From assembly GCA_951406725.2 (NCBI GenBank), contig OX597819.1:3038001-3102000 (forward strand): a stretch of DNA of 64,000 nucleotides. The letters are read 5' to 3'. The translations under genes were made by a program, and so were the position numbers. The notes below the pieces were generated by a model. The model made no database searches. It was not told where the DNA came from and was given only the letters and a program-made list of their open reading frames with translations. Positions 24,678-37,286 of the stretch are shown here, piece by piece (within the stretch, counting starts at the first letter, position 1; each line of letters begins with the position of its first letter). This DNA is from Octopus vulgaris. Taxonomy: Eukaryota.

Positions 24678-27600
24678 TCATCATCATCATCATCATCATT
24701 TAGCGTCCGTTTTCCATGCTAGCATGGGTTGGACGGTTCAACTGGGGTCTGGGGAGCCCGAAGGCTGCACCAGGCCAGTCAGATCTGGCAGTGTTTCTAC
24801 AGCTGGATGCCCTTCCTAACGCCAACCACTCCGAGAGTGTAGTGGGTGATTTTATGTGCCACCGACACAGGTGCCAGACGAGGCTGGCGAACGGCCACGC
24901 TCGGATGGTGTTTTTATGTGCCACCGACACAGGTGCCAGACGAGGCTGGCAGACGGCCACGCTCGGATGGTGTTTTTATGTGCCACCGACACAGGTGCCA
25001 GATGAGGCTGGCGGACGGCCACGATCGGATGGTGTTTGTTACGTCCCCAAAGCACGGAGGCCAGTCTATGCGGTACTGGCTACGGCCACGTTCGGATGAT
25101 TTTCTTGTGTGCCACCGGCACTGGTACCACAAAGATACAAATTCCATTGATGTTCATCTATTTTGATTTGTTTTGATTTGATTTGATTTTCACTTGCCTC
25201 AACAGGTCTTCACAAGTGTCACAAGAAGGAAGGTATGCACAGGTGGACTGACTACGTCCCAGGTAGGGGCCACGGGTTATGGCCTGACTAGTCTTGCCGG
25301 GTCTTCGGATGGTGTTTTTATGTGCCACCGACACAGGTGCCAGATGAGGCTGGCGAACGGCCATGATCGGATGGTGTTTGTTGCGTGCCCACAGCACGGA
25401 GGCCAGTCGATGCGGTACTGGCTACGGCCACGTTCGGATGGTTTTCTTGTGTGCCACCGGCACTGGTACCATAAGATACAAATTCCATTGATGTTCATCT
25501 ATTTTGATTTGATTTGATTTGATTTTCACTTGCCTCAACAGCACTTGCCTCAACAGGTCTTCACAGGTCTTCACAAGTGTCACAAGAAGGAAGGAAGGTA
25601 TGCACAGGTGGACTGACTACGTCCCAAGTAGGGGCCATGGGTTATGGCCTGACTAGTCTTGCCGGGTCTTCGGTTGGTGTTTTTATGTGCCACCGACACA
25701 GGTGCCAGATGAGGCTGGCGGACGGCCACGATCGGATGGTGTTTGTTATGTGCCCACATCACAGAGGCCAGTCGATGCGGTACTGGCTACGGCCACGTTC
25801 GGATGGTTTTCTAGTGTGCCACCGGTACTGGTACCACAAAGATACAAATTCCATTGATGTTCATCTATTTTGATTTGGTTTGATTTGATTTGATTTGATT
25901 TTGATTTTCACTTGCCTCAACAGGTCTTCACAAGTGTCATAAGTAGGAAGGTATGCACAGGTGGACTGACTACGTCGCCGGGTCTTCGGATGGTGTTTTT
26001 ATGTGCCACCGACACAGGTGCCAGATGAGGCTGGCGAACGGCCACGATCGGATGGTTTTCTTGTGTGCCACCGGTACTGGAACCACAAAGATACAAATTC
26101 CATTGATGTTCATCTATTTTGATTTGGTTTGATTTTCACTTGCCTCAACAGGTCTTCACAAGTTTGGTTTGATTTTCACTTGCCTCAACAGGTCTTCACA
26201 AGTGTCACACGTGTCACACACTTGCCTCAACACGTCTCCACAAGTGTCACACACTTGCCTCTGCCTCAACAGGTCTTCACAAAGTGTCACACACTTGCCT
26301 CTGCCTCAACAGGTCTTCACAAGTGTCACACACTTGCCTCAACAGGTCTTCACAAGTGTCATAAGAGGGAAGGTATGCACAGGTGGACTGACTACGTCGC
26401 CGGGTCTTCGGATGGTGTTTTTATGTGCCACCGACACAGGTGCCAGATGAGGCTGGCGAACGGCCACGATCAGATGGTGTTTGTTGTGCCCACAGCACGG
26501 AGGCCAGTCGATGCGGTACTGGCTACGGCCACGTTCGGATGGTTTTCTTGTGTGCCACCGGTACTGGAACCACAAAGATACAAATTCCATTGATGTTCAT
26601 CTATTTTGATTTGGTTTGATTTGATTTTTGATTTTCACTTGCCTCAACAGGTCTTCATAAGTGTCACAAGAAGGAAGGTATGCACAGGAGGACTGACTAC
26701 GTCCCAGGTAGGGGCCACGGGTTATGGCCTGACTAGTCTTGCCGGGTCTTCTCACGCACAGCATACTTCCATAGGTCTCGGTCTCTAGACATTTCCTTAG
26801 TGAGACCTAAAGTTCGAAGGTCGTGCTTCACCACCTCGTCCCAGGTTTTCCTGGGTCTACCTCTTCCACAGGTTCCCTCAACTGCTAGGGTGTAGCACTT
26901 TTGCACACAACTATCTTCAGCCTTTCTCGTCACATGACCATACCAGCGCAGCCGTCTCTCTTGCACACCACAACTGACGCTTCTTAGGTTCAACTTTTCT
27001 CTCAAGGAACTTACACTCTGACGATTATGAACACTGACATTACACATCCATCGGAGCATACTGGCTTCATTTCTTGCGAGCTTACGCATATCCTCAGCAG
27101 TCACGGCCCATGTTTCACTACCATGTAGCATGGCTGTACGTACACATGCATCATACAGTCTGCCTTTTACTCTGAGCGAGAGGCCTTTTGTCACCAGCAG
27201 GGGTAAGAGCTCTCTAAACTTTGCCCAGGCTATTCTTACTCTAGCAGTTACACTTTCAGCACACCCACCCCCGCTACTGACTTGGTCTCCTAGGTAGCGG
27301 AAGCTATCAACTACTTCTAGTTTGTCTCCCTGGAACGTGGCAGAAGTTGGTCTCTGCACATTTCCAGTGTTTATTGCTCCTGAGCATTTGCCACAGACAA
27401 AAACTATTTTCCTAGTTAGCCTTCCTTTGACATTGCTGCACCTCTTATGTGTCCATAGCTTACACTTGGTGCATCTTATAGAGTTTCTACCTACACCTTT
27501 TTTACAGATCGAGCAGGGCCATCTACCTGAAGGCGTTTGTGATTGATCTACCTTCCTACTTATTAGGACTTTGGTTTTGGCTAGGTTGATTCTAAGGCCC

Positions 27601-28078
27601 TTCGATTCTAATCCTTGTTTCCACACCTGAAACTTCTCCTCCAGTTCTGATAGTGACTCAGCAATTAGAGCAAGGTCGTCAGCATAGAGGAGCTCCCAGG
27701 GGCAACCTGTCTTGAATTCCTCCGTTATTGCCTGGAGGACTATGATAAATAGGAGGGGACTGAGGACTGAACCTTGGTGGACCCCAACCTCTACCCGGAA
27801 TTCTTCACTGTACTCGTTGCCAACCCTCACCTTACTAGCAGCGTCTCTGTACATAGCTTGCACAGCTCTCACCAACCATTCTTCTATCCCTAGTTTCCTC
27901 ATTGACCACCAGATAAGGGATCGGGGGACCCTGTCAAAGGCTTTCTCCAAGTCAACAAAAGCCAGGTACAAGGGCTTATCTTTGGCTAGGTATTTCTCCT
28001 GCAGCTGTCTTACCAGGAATATAGCATCAGTAGTACTTTTCCCTGGCACGAACCCAAACTGCATATCATCTAAGCTAA
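24678..28078 (-). mobile_element. 5'-truncated RTE-clade LINE with uninterrupted 443-aa RT C-terminal ORF (26733-28064), expanded 3' UTR and (GAT)n tail
   Basis: RT motifs QFGF, FVDLEKAFD, GVHQGSVLSPLLF, YADD and FRYLG. RTE C-terminus RRLRWYGHV and GRGRPRKTW. (ATC)n at 24678-24698 on the plus strand. Confidence 0.95.
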
Positions 28079-28479
28079 ATAACTTTCAAGGACAATAGTG
28101 GTTTATTGGGATGGAAGTTCTGGATATTTATTGTATCGAAGTGCAAAAAACTGAAAAAAGTTCTTTTTATATTTCACAGTAGTCAACCAGGGTTGCCAGG
28201 TGTGTGAATAACAACTCAAGATGTATGGAATGGAGTAGATAAGATCTAGGCGAAGTGTATAGCGCTGGCTACTCTTCAGGCCAAGTATATTTTGATTGAA
28301 TCTTCCATACCCTCTTCCATGTACCCCCTTGCAGCAGTGTAAACTTTCATTTATCAAGATATCCTTGGTCTGAAGAGTAGCTTGCAGTATACTCCTTGTC
28401 TGGATATTTACCACTTCTGAGGTTCCGTTTACTATGAAACATATATAGCCCAAATCTTATGTACTCCATTCCATAACTC

Positions 28480-28520
<41 letters not shown>

Positions 28521-31500
28521 CACATACATACATACATATATATATACATACACATATATACACATATATTTATACATATATATACACACATATATATATA
28601 CATATATAAACACACACACGTACATACATACATACATACATACCATTTGAGCATAGTCGTTGCCAGTGCTGCCTGACTGGCTCATGTGCCAGTGGTACAT
28701 AAAAAGCACCATTCGAGCATGGTTGATGCCAGTACCACCTGACTGGCCCTCATACCGGTGACACGTTAAAAGCACCCACTACACTCTCGGAGTGGTTGGT
28801 GTTAGGAAGGGCATCCAGCTGTAGAAACCTTGCCAAATCAGATTGGAACCTGATGCAACCTTTTGGCTTGCCAGTCCTCAGTCAAACTGCCCAACCCATG
28901 CCAGAATGGAAAGTAGACGTTAAACAATGATGATATATATCTGTACATACAAGACAATCATGCAGGAGGGAAATGTCTCGAGGGAGCATTCTAGATGCTA
29001 AATATACCACATACAATGAAGTTAGTCTAAAATGCAATGAAATGGCTTAAAAAACTTTAACTTTGATTATTCTTGAAATTATAGGATAAAAATTATCTCC
29101 TAAGTTATCTTTTATCTTTAATCTCTTTTATTTGTTTCAATCATTGGATTGTAACCACGCTGGAGTACCACCTTGATGGGTTTAGTTGAACAAATCAACC
29201 ACAACATTGCTTTCTTTTTAAGTTTGGTACTTATTCTATCGGTCTCTTAGGTGAACTGCTGAATTACAGGGACATAAACAAACCAACACCAACTATCAAT
29301 AGGTGGTGGTGGTCTAACATAAACACAAAGACACACACAGACACACATGTGTGTTCTACCATACCATCTATATTCTCATCCCCATACCTTCAGAGTATGC
29401 CCTGGGACATTGCCAACTTCTCTCTTGCTCCCTCTCACTTTTGCTCTCTCTCATTCTCCCTCTCTCTCTCTCTCTCTTTTGCTGTCTCCCTCTAACTAGG
29501 GTCACCATGCATCTCCCATACAGCAAGACTCCTGTTTTCTATGTTCTAACTTTTCATTACCTGGCATAAAACTACACCCCTCAAAGGGTCTTTATCTTAC
29601 AAGTTACTTGGTAATCTCACTGGTCCTAGTGCCATATATAAAGGCATTCGTCCACTCTGTAAAGTGGTTGGCATTAGGAAGGGCACCACTTGTAAAAATC
29701 ATGTCAAAACAGACCTCACCAGTGCTGGTGTCACGTAAAATGCACTCCCTCCCTCTGTAAAAGGGTGGTGTTAGGAAAGGTACCCAGCTGTAAAAACCAT
29801 GCCAAAACAGACCTCACCAGTGCTGGTGCCATGTAAAAAGCACCTAGTCCATTCTGTAATTTGGTTGGCATTAGGAAGAGCATCCAGCTGTAAAAACCAT
29901 GCTAAAAGAGACAGTGGATCTTGCTGCAGTCCTCTGGTTTGCCAGCTCCTAAACCATTCCACCCATGCCAGTATAGAAAATGGACGTTAAACAATGATGA
30001 TGATATGATGATATTCTGTATATATATATTTATGGGAGAGAAGAAAAGAAAGTAGTAATGCTAGTTATGAATATTGTCAATAAGGCAAACCTAAAATGTC
30101 TTAGGAGAGTGTTTTGACTGCTAAATACACATACACTAGTATCTCACTGCATTGGTCATAACCATAATTATACACTTATTAGGATGAATATTTTTTGCTA
30201 TTTGAGAGCCAGCACAACTAAAATGACAAAATGACAAAAAGAAATATTTAAGAGGGTAGGTCTGAATATAGAACAAGAAAAAGTGTACTCAGTTTTGGAA
30301 ATGTGACAGCATGATAGGCAGGCTACGAGTAACTAGAGACTAATATTTAGGTGACCTGCTAAAGCAATGAACTGTAAAAAAAAGTGGTAGTTTGGTGACA
30401 ACAGGTTATGACAAAAGATTTTGTTTAGATATTGAGCTGTACAGAGTATGTAACTGACAAATAGACACCAAATAGCTTCAGGCATGAATTTTTTTAAATA
30501 TTAAAAGAATAGAGGTGATTCACTGAATAGGAGAGTCAATTTGTCTCGTATACTTGTTTGTATACAATATAAACAGTTGTGCTTTAGATATGGACAGAAA
30601 AGAGTTAAAGCAAATTTGAAAAACAACTAGGGAGTTTATACTAAATTTAGGACATCATCAAACAAAATTAAACAAAACAGCTGCAAGAATTTCATAGCGA
30701 TTAAGTGTAATGTTTTTAATTATTCTGTCATGAAACTGTAAATATTTTAGAAATGGCAATCTGAAACTGCATTACAAAAAAAAAATCACATTGTTGCACT
30801 GCGAATGCTCATGGTGATTTTGATGATTATTAAGAGGATACACTGATATATTGCATTACTTACTCCAGGTCAACACCAGAATTTGGACCTAACACTACTA
30901 CTAGCAAAATATCTGTTAATTATGCAATACATCTGCTCCTTTTTGTACTGAGCTATACAAACTCATAGCCCTATAAATACCAGTAAGAATTAAGCATCTT
31001 GGCTATGGATGCAACATTAATGTTGGGATACAAACCAGCAAATCTTTAACCATATACCTACTTAATATCCAAGTAAAAAAAAAGAAATAACCAGGTGGGT
31101 CACATTAAAAACTAAGTAAAGAAAAAAGAATAATGAAAACTATCAAAAGCCAATATAATTAATGGAATGGAGAAAATAAAAGGAAGTCAATATTTCAGAC
31201 ATTAGTCCTCTATCAAAACGGAAAGAAAGAGAGGGAAAAGAAAAAAATGGAAAGAAAAAGCATGATGTTGGTTCAAAGACGGCAGGCTGGAAGTATAGTG
31301 GAGCAAAGAAGCTGATTTTAGGCAAAGAAGAGTGAACAATACTCAGGAAAATAAGTGTGAAAGTAAAAATATAGTATGTGTGAATTCGGTGTATGTGTAT
31401 TGCAAGTGTGGGGGAAGATGGTAAAGTGAAATGCTGTGTGTGTGTGTGTGTAAGCTAAGTTTATATATGTGGATGAAGAAGGAACTAAGTATGAGCAGAC

Positions 31501-33179
31501 TTTATCCAGAATGCCTCAATTCATGCAAGCTTAATCCAAACTGCCTTGAATCCCTGGAGAACTGAACAAAGTGCCTTGTGGTATTTGTTCTGGCTCCTTA
31601 CAATCTGAATTTAAATTCTGGCACAGTATTCTTGCTCTTTCATCCATTTCAATCAAGTACTAGGGTCAATTAAATCAATGAATCACCCCAGCACCCCTGT
31701 TGACTCATTAAGATTTACAATATTGTACCAATGTTAGAAATTATTGTTTTTCAAAGCTGGCCGGCTTTTGACTCTTGACTATATAATGATTTTTAAATTT
31801 ACTGTTTTTCAGCCATAAAAATTCAAGATTAGGAAAATATGACCCAAATATTATAAATATCATATTTCTCATCTGCTTAACCATGAAGAGCTGATCACTT
31901 AAAATGGATAAAACTTGAGGAAGAGGGAAACCCAGGAAGACATGGGACAAAGTATTGAAGGCTGATCTCAAGGTACTGAGTCTTATGAAGATGACTTTGG
32001 ACTGAAATACCTGGTGCATTGCTGTACTGAAGAAGACCTGTCCATTCCAGCAGAATTGATATTGGTGCTGGTGTCACATAAAAGGTACTCATACCGGTGC
32101 CATGTTAAAAGCACTGGTGATGATGTTATGTAAAAAGCACCAGTAGACTTTATAGAGCGGTTGCTGTTGGGAACGGCATCCAGCCAAAGAAACAATTCCA
32201 AAACAAACAATGGGGTCTGGTGAGGCCCCTGGCCTTAACAGCTCTAATCAAACCATCCAATCCATGCCAAATGGAAAATTGACATTAAATAATGATGATG
32301 ATTCCTCAAAAACAATTCCCAAGAAATTAAAACAATGATACTGAAAGGCCATGTCATACACTGTGAAATAAGAACTGATGAATTTGCTAAGGAAGTTGGA
32401 TTTAAAAGAATTTTATAAATTTTGTTGTTGTTTTCAATTTGGACAATTGTTGGAACAATGTTGTCATTTAATCTCAGGTCAAGCCTAACTGAAGAAACCT
32501 ATGATGGAAGGTGTTCAAACTGTGACCATTCAATCTTTATTTCTAGATTGTGTAGATGACACTATTCAGTTACTTATTGAAGATAGTAGGCTTTAATGTG
32601 AGAGAGCTATGATTGCAATTTCTAGTAGATTGAACATTCACTCTTCTTTTGTTGGATGCCTCTCTTACTTCAAATCACTCAACCTTGAAAAAAGAATGGA
32701 ATCTGATATCAACCATACAGACTGCTGAAAGCAGAGTTATAAGGTATGTTTATAAGACTGGAGTGACAGGTTTTTAATTCATGACCACATAGCCTAAACC
32801 TTACAACCTTTGTGCATAATTAAATAATCTAGTTTCAATAATACAGCTGCATCTTTATGAATTTCTAAAAGAAATGAGAATTCAACTGAGCAATTTATAT
32901 GGAGTAATTTTAAATTACTGAGTGGAATGTACAATTCCCCGTAATTTAGACTGTCTCATGGTCCCAACTGACGAAATGGAAAAGGTGCTGCCCTGGAGGA
33001 TGGTGAGGGAGATGTGCTGGAACAGCTACTCTGACTCATGACTTGTGGATAGTGGTGAGCATGAATATGGTCTGGTGGTGGAGAACATTGGAGGTCTCCA
33101 TTGCCACAGGCTTGACTATAAACCTATCAGAGCATAACAAAATAGATAAATAAATAAATAAAGTAAAAAAAAAACTTAC

Positions 33180-33272
33180 ACCATCATCAATACCAATTAC
33201 ATTGTTGCCCATAACAGTTATGGTTCCTCCCATCAACAATATCTCATCACTGGGTTGCTGATCTCCACAATT
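33180..33272 (-). CDS. PH domain middle exon (NCGDQQPSDEILLMGGTITVMGNNVIGIDDG)
   Basis: atttttag acceptor, gtaagt donor, 93 nt in phase 0->0. Matches the P..I.L.G..V PH pattern. Confidence 0.9.
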
Positions 33273-34117
33273 CTAAAAATATGCAAAAAGAATATATATA
33301 TATGTGTATATATATAAATATATATATATAAAAGTAAGATTCAGTTGAATTAGGTATTTAAGTTGAGGCACCTTGTTAGGTTGGAATAATATACGCGCAC
33401 AACAATATTATGTAAATATCAACTTGGCACATAAGTACCGGCTGAATGATATTCTTGCAGTGTCTGTAGACAATTAGACCCAGTTGAGTAAAGAAATCTG
33501 CTCTTGAGCTATTCAGACATGTACATTATATTAAATATACAGTCTGTAATATTTATGAATGGCAGATTCTGAGACAGGTGAATAAAATAGAAATGAGTAA
33601 CAGTAGAGGTACAGGTGTCAATCCATTATGGATGTTACTAATGACTCCTTTAATTGGTTAATGAAAACATTATATTGTAAAGAAACCATTTTTGTCAGAT
33701 GAATTCATGAACTTCAAAATAAAGGACATTTATAGTGATTCTGCTACTATTTCAGTTGACAGAACTGTGTCAGCCTTAACTTATAATGCCAAACATTGTC
33801 ACTTGGTATTAACACATGGAACCTAGAAGGGGAACCTAAAAAAAATTTCTAAGACCAGTCATGTGACTATCCTCTACCAATCAAATCCTATTCAAAACAT
33901 ATACTAACTTGGGCCATGAACTCCCTATAAAGATAGCGCAAACTTCAAACCCTAGTCAGAAGCAAGACAACTGTGGCATAAGTCACGTCTTTCTATTTGG
34001 ACCTTTTGATAATCAGTGTAAATTGTGAAACCAGTTAAAGCTTGAAATATATTAATAAAAAATATTTTAACTACTCTCAGTGCATTTTCAACTTCTGTAG
34101 AATAAAATAACTTTGTG

Positions 34118-34171
<54 letters not shown>

Positions 34172-34877
34172 TATCGCCATACTAATATGGCATTCTTATA
34201 AAAATAAGAAAAAAGCTGTCCGCTTATTAGCTCCATGAGGCCATCGCCTTAAGTTAGCTATTTGATACACAAACTGTATCCATATAATATTTCTATTATA
34301 ATATTTCTATATATATATATATATAGCTTTGTTCAGTAATTATGTATTTTTAAGTGTTTTATATAAAAAATTTTTAAATGTCATAACTGATGGGATTTTC
34401 ACAAGTTTAAGATGTTAGTCAACTAACCAAAACATTAATAGTTCAAACTCCTACATTCTCTCTTTTGATTAAGACATTAAACTGTCGAAGCCGCAGTTCA
34501 TCTTTGTATAAACATAACATATTGACAAGTGTTCCTTTGCAATATGATGATCGAATCATATCTTGGCAAAATACAAATCTGTGATTCCAGTTCAAACAGG
34601 AATATGTTTCTGCTTCTTAATGCAGTGAAAGCTAGAAAAGTTCCAGCACTATTCACTCAGTGAGCAGAATAATTCTAAAGGGAAGAGATATACATACAAA
34701 TCTATGGCAAACGATCTTGCTTGAATCTGGATCAATAAACACACTTGACTAATACATTTGATCTATCCCTCATCATTGATTCATCAGGTGTTACCCTATC
34801 AATAATTAACAGAATTGCAATAAATGAGTGTGCTTTTAAAAAAGTTGTTTAAAAAAAAAATTAAATTATAGATGTAC

Positions 34878-35021
34878 ATCATAGTAAACAAGCCATCCAT
34901 TTTTTGCCATAAAATATCTTCTTTTCCAAGTTTTCAGTAGGGTTGACTTTTTTTTATTCATAGGTAGTTTTTCCATCACTCCTTCCATTTCAATAAAATC
35001 AGAAGAAAAATCTTGTGTATC
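34878..35021 (-). CDS. PH domain beta1-beta3 exon (DTQDFSSDFIEMEGVMEKLPMNKKKSTLLKTWKRRYFMAKNGWLVYYD)
   Basis: tatcttcttcag acceptor, gtacat donor, 144 nt in phase 0->0. Shows the classic PH pattern EG.M.K...WKRRYF...G.L.YY. Confidence 0.92.
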
Positions 35022-36289
35022 CTGAAGAAGATATAGAAAATTTTAAATTGTATTTTAGTAAACTTTATATTTTTGAAAAAAACATTCAAGAAATATATAA
35101 CACAAATAACAGTTTAAATTGGAAGAATTGTCAAAAGAGCAATGATCAATTTCCATTTGAATATATTAGATTGGTATGTGAAATCACTCCATTTTGTCTA
35201 AGAAGAAGTAAAAATCAACAGAAGAATCAGATTGAGAAGATTGTTGTTGGTTAATAATATCTTTAAAAAAAAATGGGGAAGATATAGAAAGTTCACAAAT
35301 TAATTAATTTGTTGTAAATAAAATGAAATGTTTGAGTGAAAAATCAATATGTATACACAGAAAGTAAAACATTGGTTCCCTATTACTCGATGCCACTTTA
35401 CCCTCCGTCAGGCATCTACCATACTCTGAATGTGTTGCTTCCCTGGGAATAGGTACAGTGAAGCTCCGACGTCTGGCAACTGGCTTGGTAAACACCCACA
35501 AAATTATTAACCATCATGCCAACAACCACCCTGAGCCCCTTTTTGAGCCCCGTGTGTCTAACACATGTGGGCATGCCTAAAAGTCAGAAAACAGCACAGC
35601 TCCCATGACTTTCAGAAACATTTTTTCACACTCATGTATATGTCAGTGTCTGCATGTGTGAGTGTGTGTTTGTGTGTGAGTCTATTTAGATTCGTAAAAG
35701 GTGTGTTTGGGTGATTTACATAAATCATACAATGCATATGATACCTAGTTAACATTGTCAGTTTCAATGTAACAACACTTTTCTTGTAAAATGTTGTGTC
35801 TGTGTGTGCATAAGCAAATAAATGTGTGGGTGTAGATGTGTACGAATGTGTAACTGGTGTGTGATAAGTATGTTTGTATTTATGTTTTTGTGTTTGTATA
35901 TATTTATATGATAATTAGTACCAACAATTATTATTTATTAAATGAGAATTATGCAAAGACAAAAACGTAGTTCTTTAAAACAAAAATTAAAAGAACTTAA
36001 ATAATAAGTTTCTGTATAATTCTATTGAAATTTTGAAACAGTTTAATTAATGTTTTGTTAGAGTGTTTGTTATTTGCTTTACAAGTTGGGGTCCAGTTAA
36101 AATAGATTTGTTGTAGAGAAAAAGCAATTTGTATGTGATGGCTGACCAGCCAATGAAATTGCAGTAAATGTGCAAAAGTAAATAATCTTTGTGACATATT
36201 AGATGAGAGTGATGACACCATGTTAACTAGGTCTGTCCCAAGGGTTTGAAAAATGCACAAAAGAGTTTATCAACTGATGACTATTGGTA

Positions 36290-36900
36290 TGCAAAGCTTG
36301 TTTACCTTGCCGCTTGAGCACACAAGCATGTAAGGACCAATGGAGGACAAGTTAACTTCAGCTGACAAAATTACTGTTCTCCAGGATAAAATTACAATGT
36401 GGCTGCACTATTTGTGAAGGAGAGCAACAAATATATTTCCCCTTCTTAGAAGTGAAGAAAAACTTAATCTTGCTATACTGGATTGTGTGGAAAGTCACTA
36501 GTTAAGTTTCTAGCCTGTATTAAAATGGTACTTTCCAGAATAAGACATCAAGAAATACAAATGGATAAGAAAACCTTTCTCAAAAACAGTGGAAATGTAA
36601 AATTTCAAACTTCAAGAACAAGAAGCTTGTAAACTTGGAAAATGATCACACTTTTGTGTTGAAGTTTAAAGAATCATTGACAGCATCTGGATATCTAGTA
36701 AAAATAATATCCAGTTTGTCAGTCAGAAATCATAGTTTTGCCCTAGTTCATGGCTCAGTGAGTATGGTTTCTCAGCCTTAAAAAGTGTGAAAACAAAAAG
36801 AAGCAACATCTGGCATCTAGCAATGTGGTGAAAAGCATAAGAGTGTGTTCATCAATTTTAGATTTTTCAAAATTTGTCAAAAACTTCAGAACCATGTTTT
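36290..36900 (+). mobile_element. hAT (Charlie/Buster-type) transposase C-terminal remnant
   Basis: LTSADKITVLQDKITMW, LQEQE and SEYGFSALKSVKTKRSN resemble the hAT dimerization domain. Many stops. Confidence 0.7.
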
Positions 36901-37011
36901 TCAATAACAGACTCAGTGATTCTCTATTGTTTGCCTACTAGTTTTTAAAATTTACTTTGAATCAACTACTATGATGTAATAAAGTTTTTTTTTGTTGAAA
37001 TAAATAATTAG

Positions 37012-37286
37012 TTCTGTTGTGCTTGGGGAAAGTGATTTTCTTTTTGTGCCTTATAATTTAACACACTCACTGGTAAAATGTCCGCTTATTATTTTTATTT
37101 TCCTAAAATTTTCTTTGCATCTTGCAACCTTTTCAATAGTCTTGAGAGTCAAGACTATTGAAAGGGTTGCAAGATGCAAAGAAAATTTTAGGAAAATAAA
37201 AATAAGAAATAAGTGGAAATTTTACCAGTGAGTGTGTTACATTATAAGGCACAAAAAGAAAATGACTCTCCCCAGACACAACAGAA
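37012..37286. mobile_element. Palindromic MITE/foldback element
   Basis: Inverted arms of ~135 bp centred on ttga-gag-tcaa at ~37146. Confidence 0.85.

Noticed and set aside
24700-26620. CRISPR-like appearance of recurring short repeats, and multiple ORFs
   Set aside because: The intervening sequences are themselves repeated and all derive from the RTE 3' UTR. The context is eukaryotic and there are no cas genes.
24660-28100. Target-site duplication around the young RTE copy
   Set aside because: The flanks share only a loose ttcaag..caa similarity, which is not convincing.
31185-31222. Hammerhead-like TTGATAGAGG...CTGAAA on the minus strand
   Set aside because: The core and stems are too degenerate to support a ribozyme call.
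34455-34615. ~55-codon minus-strand open stretch (WNHRFVFCQD)
   Set aside because: It would interrupt the PH domain, has a poor acceptor, and its phase is incompatible.
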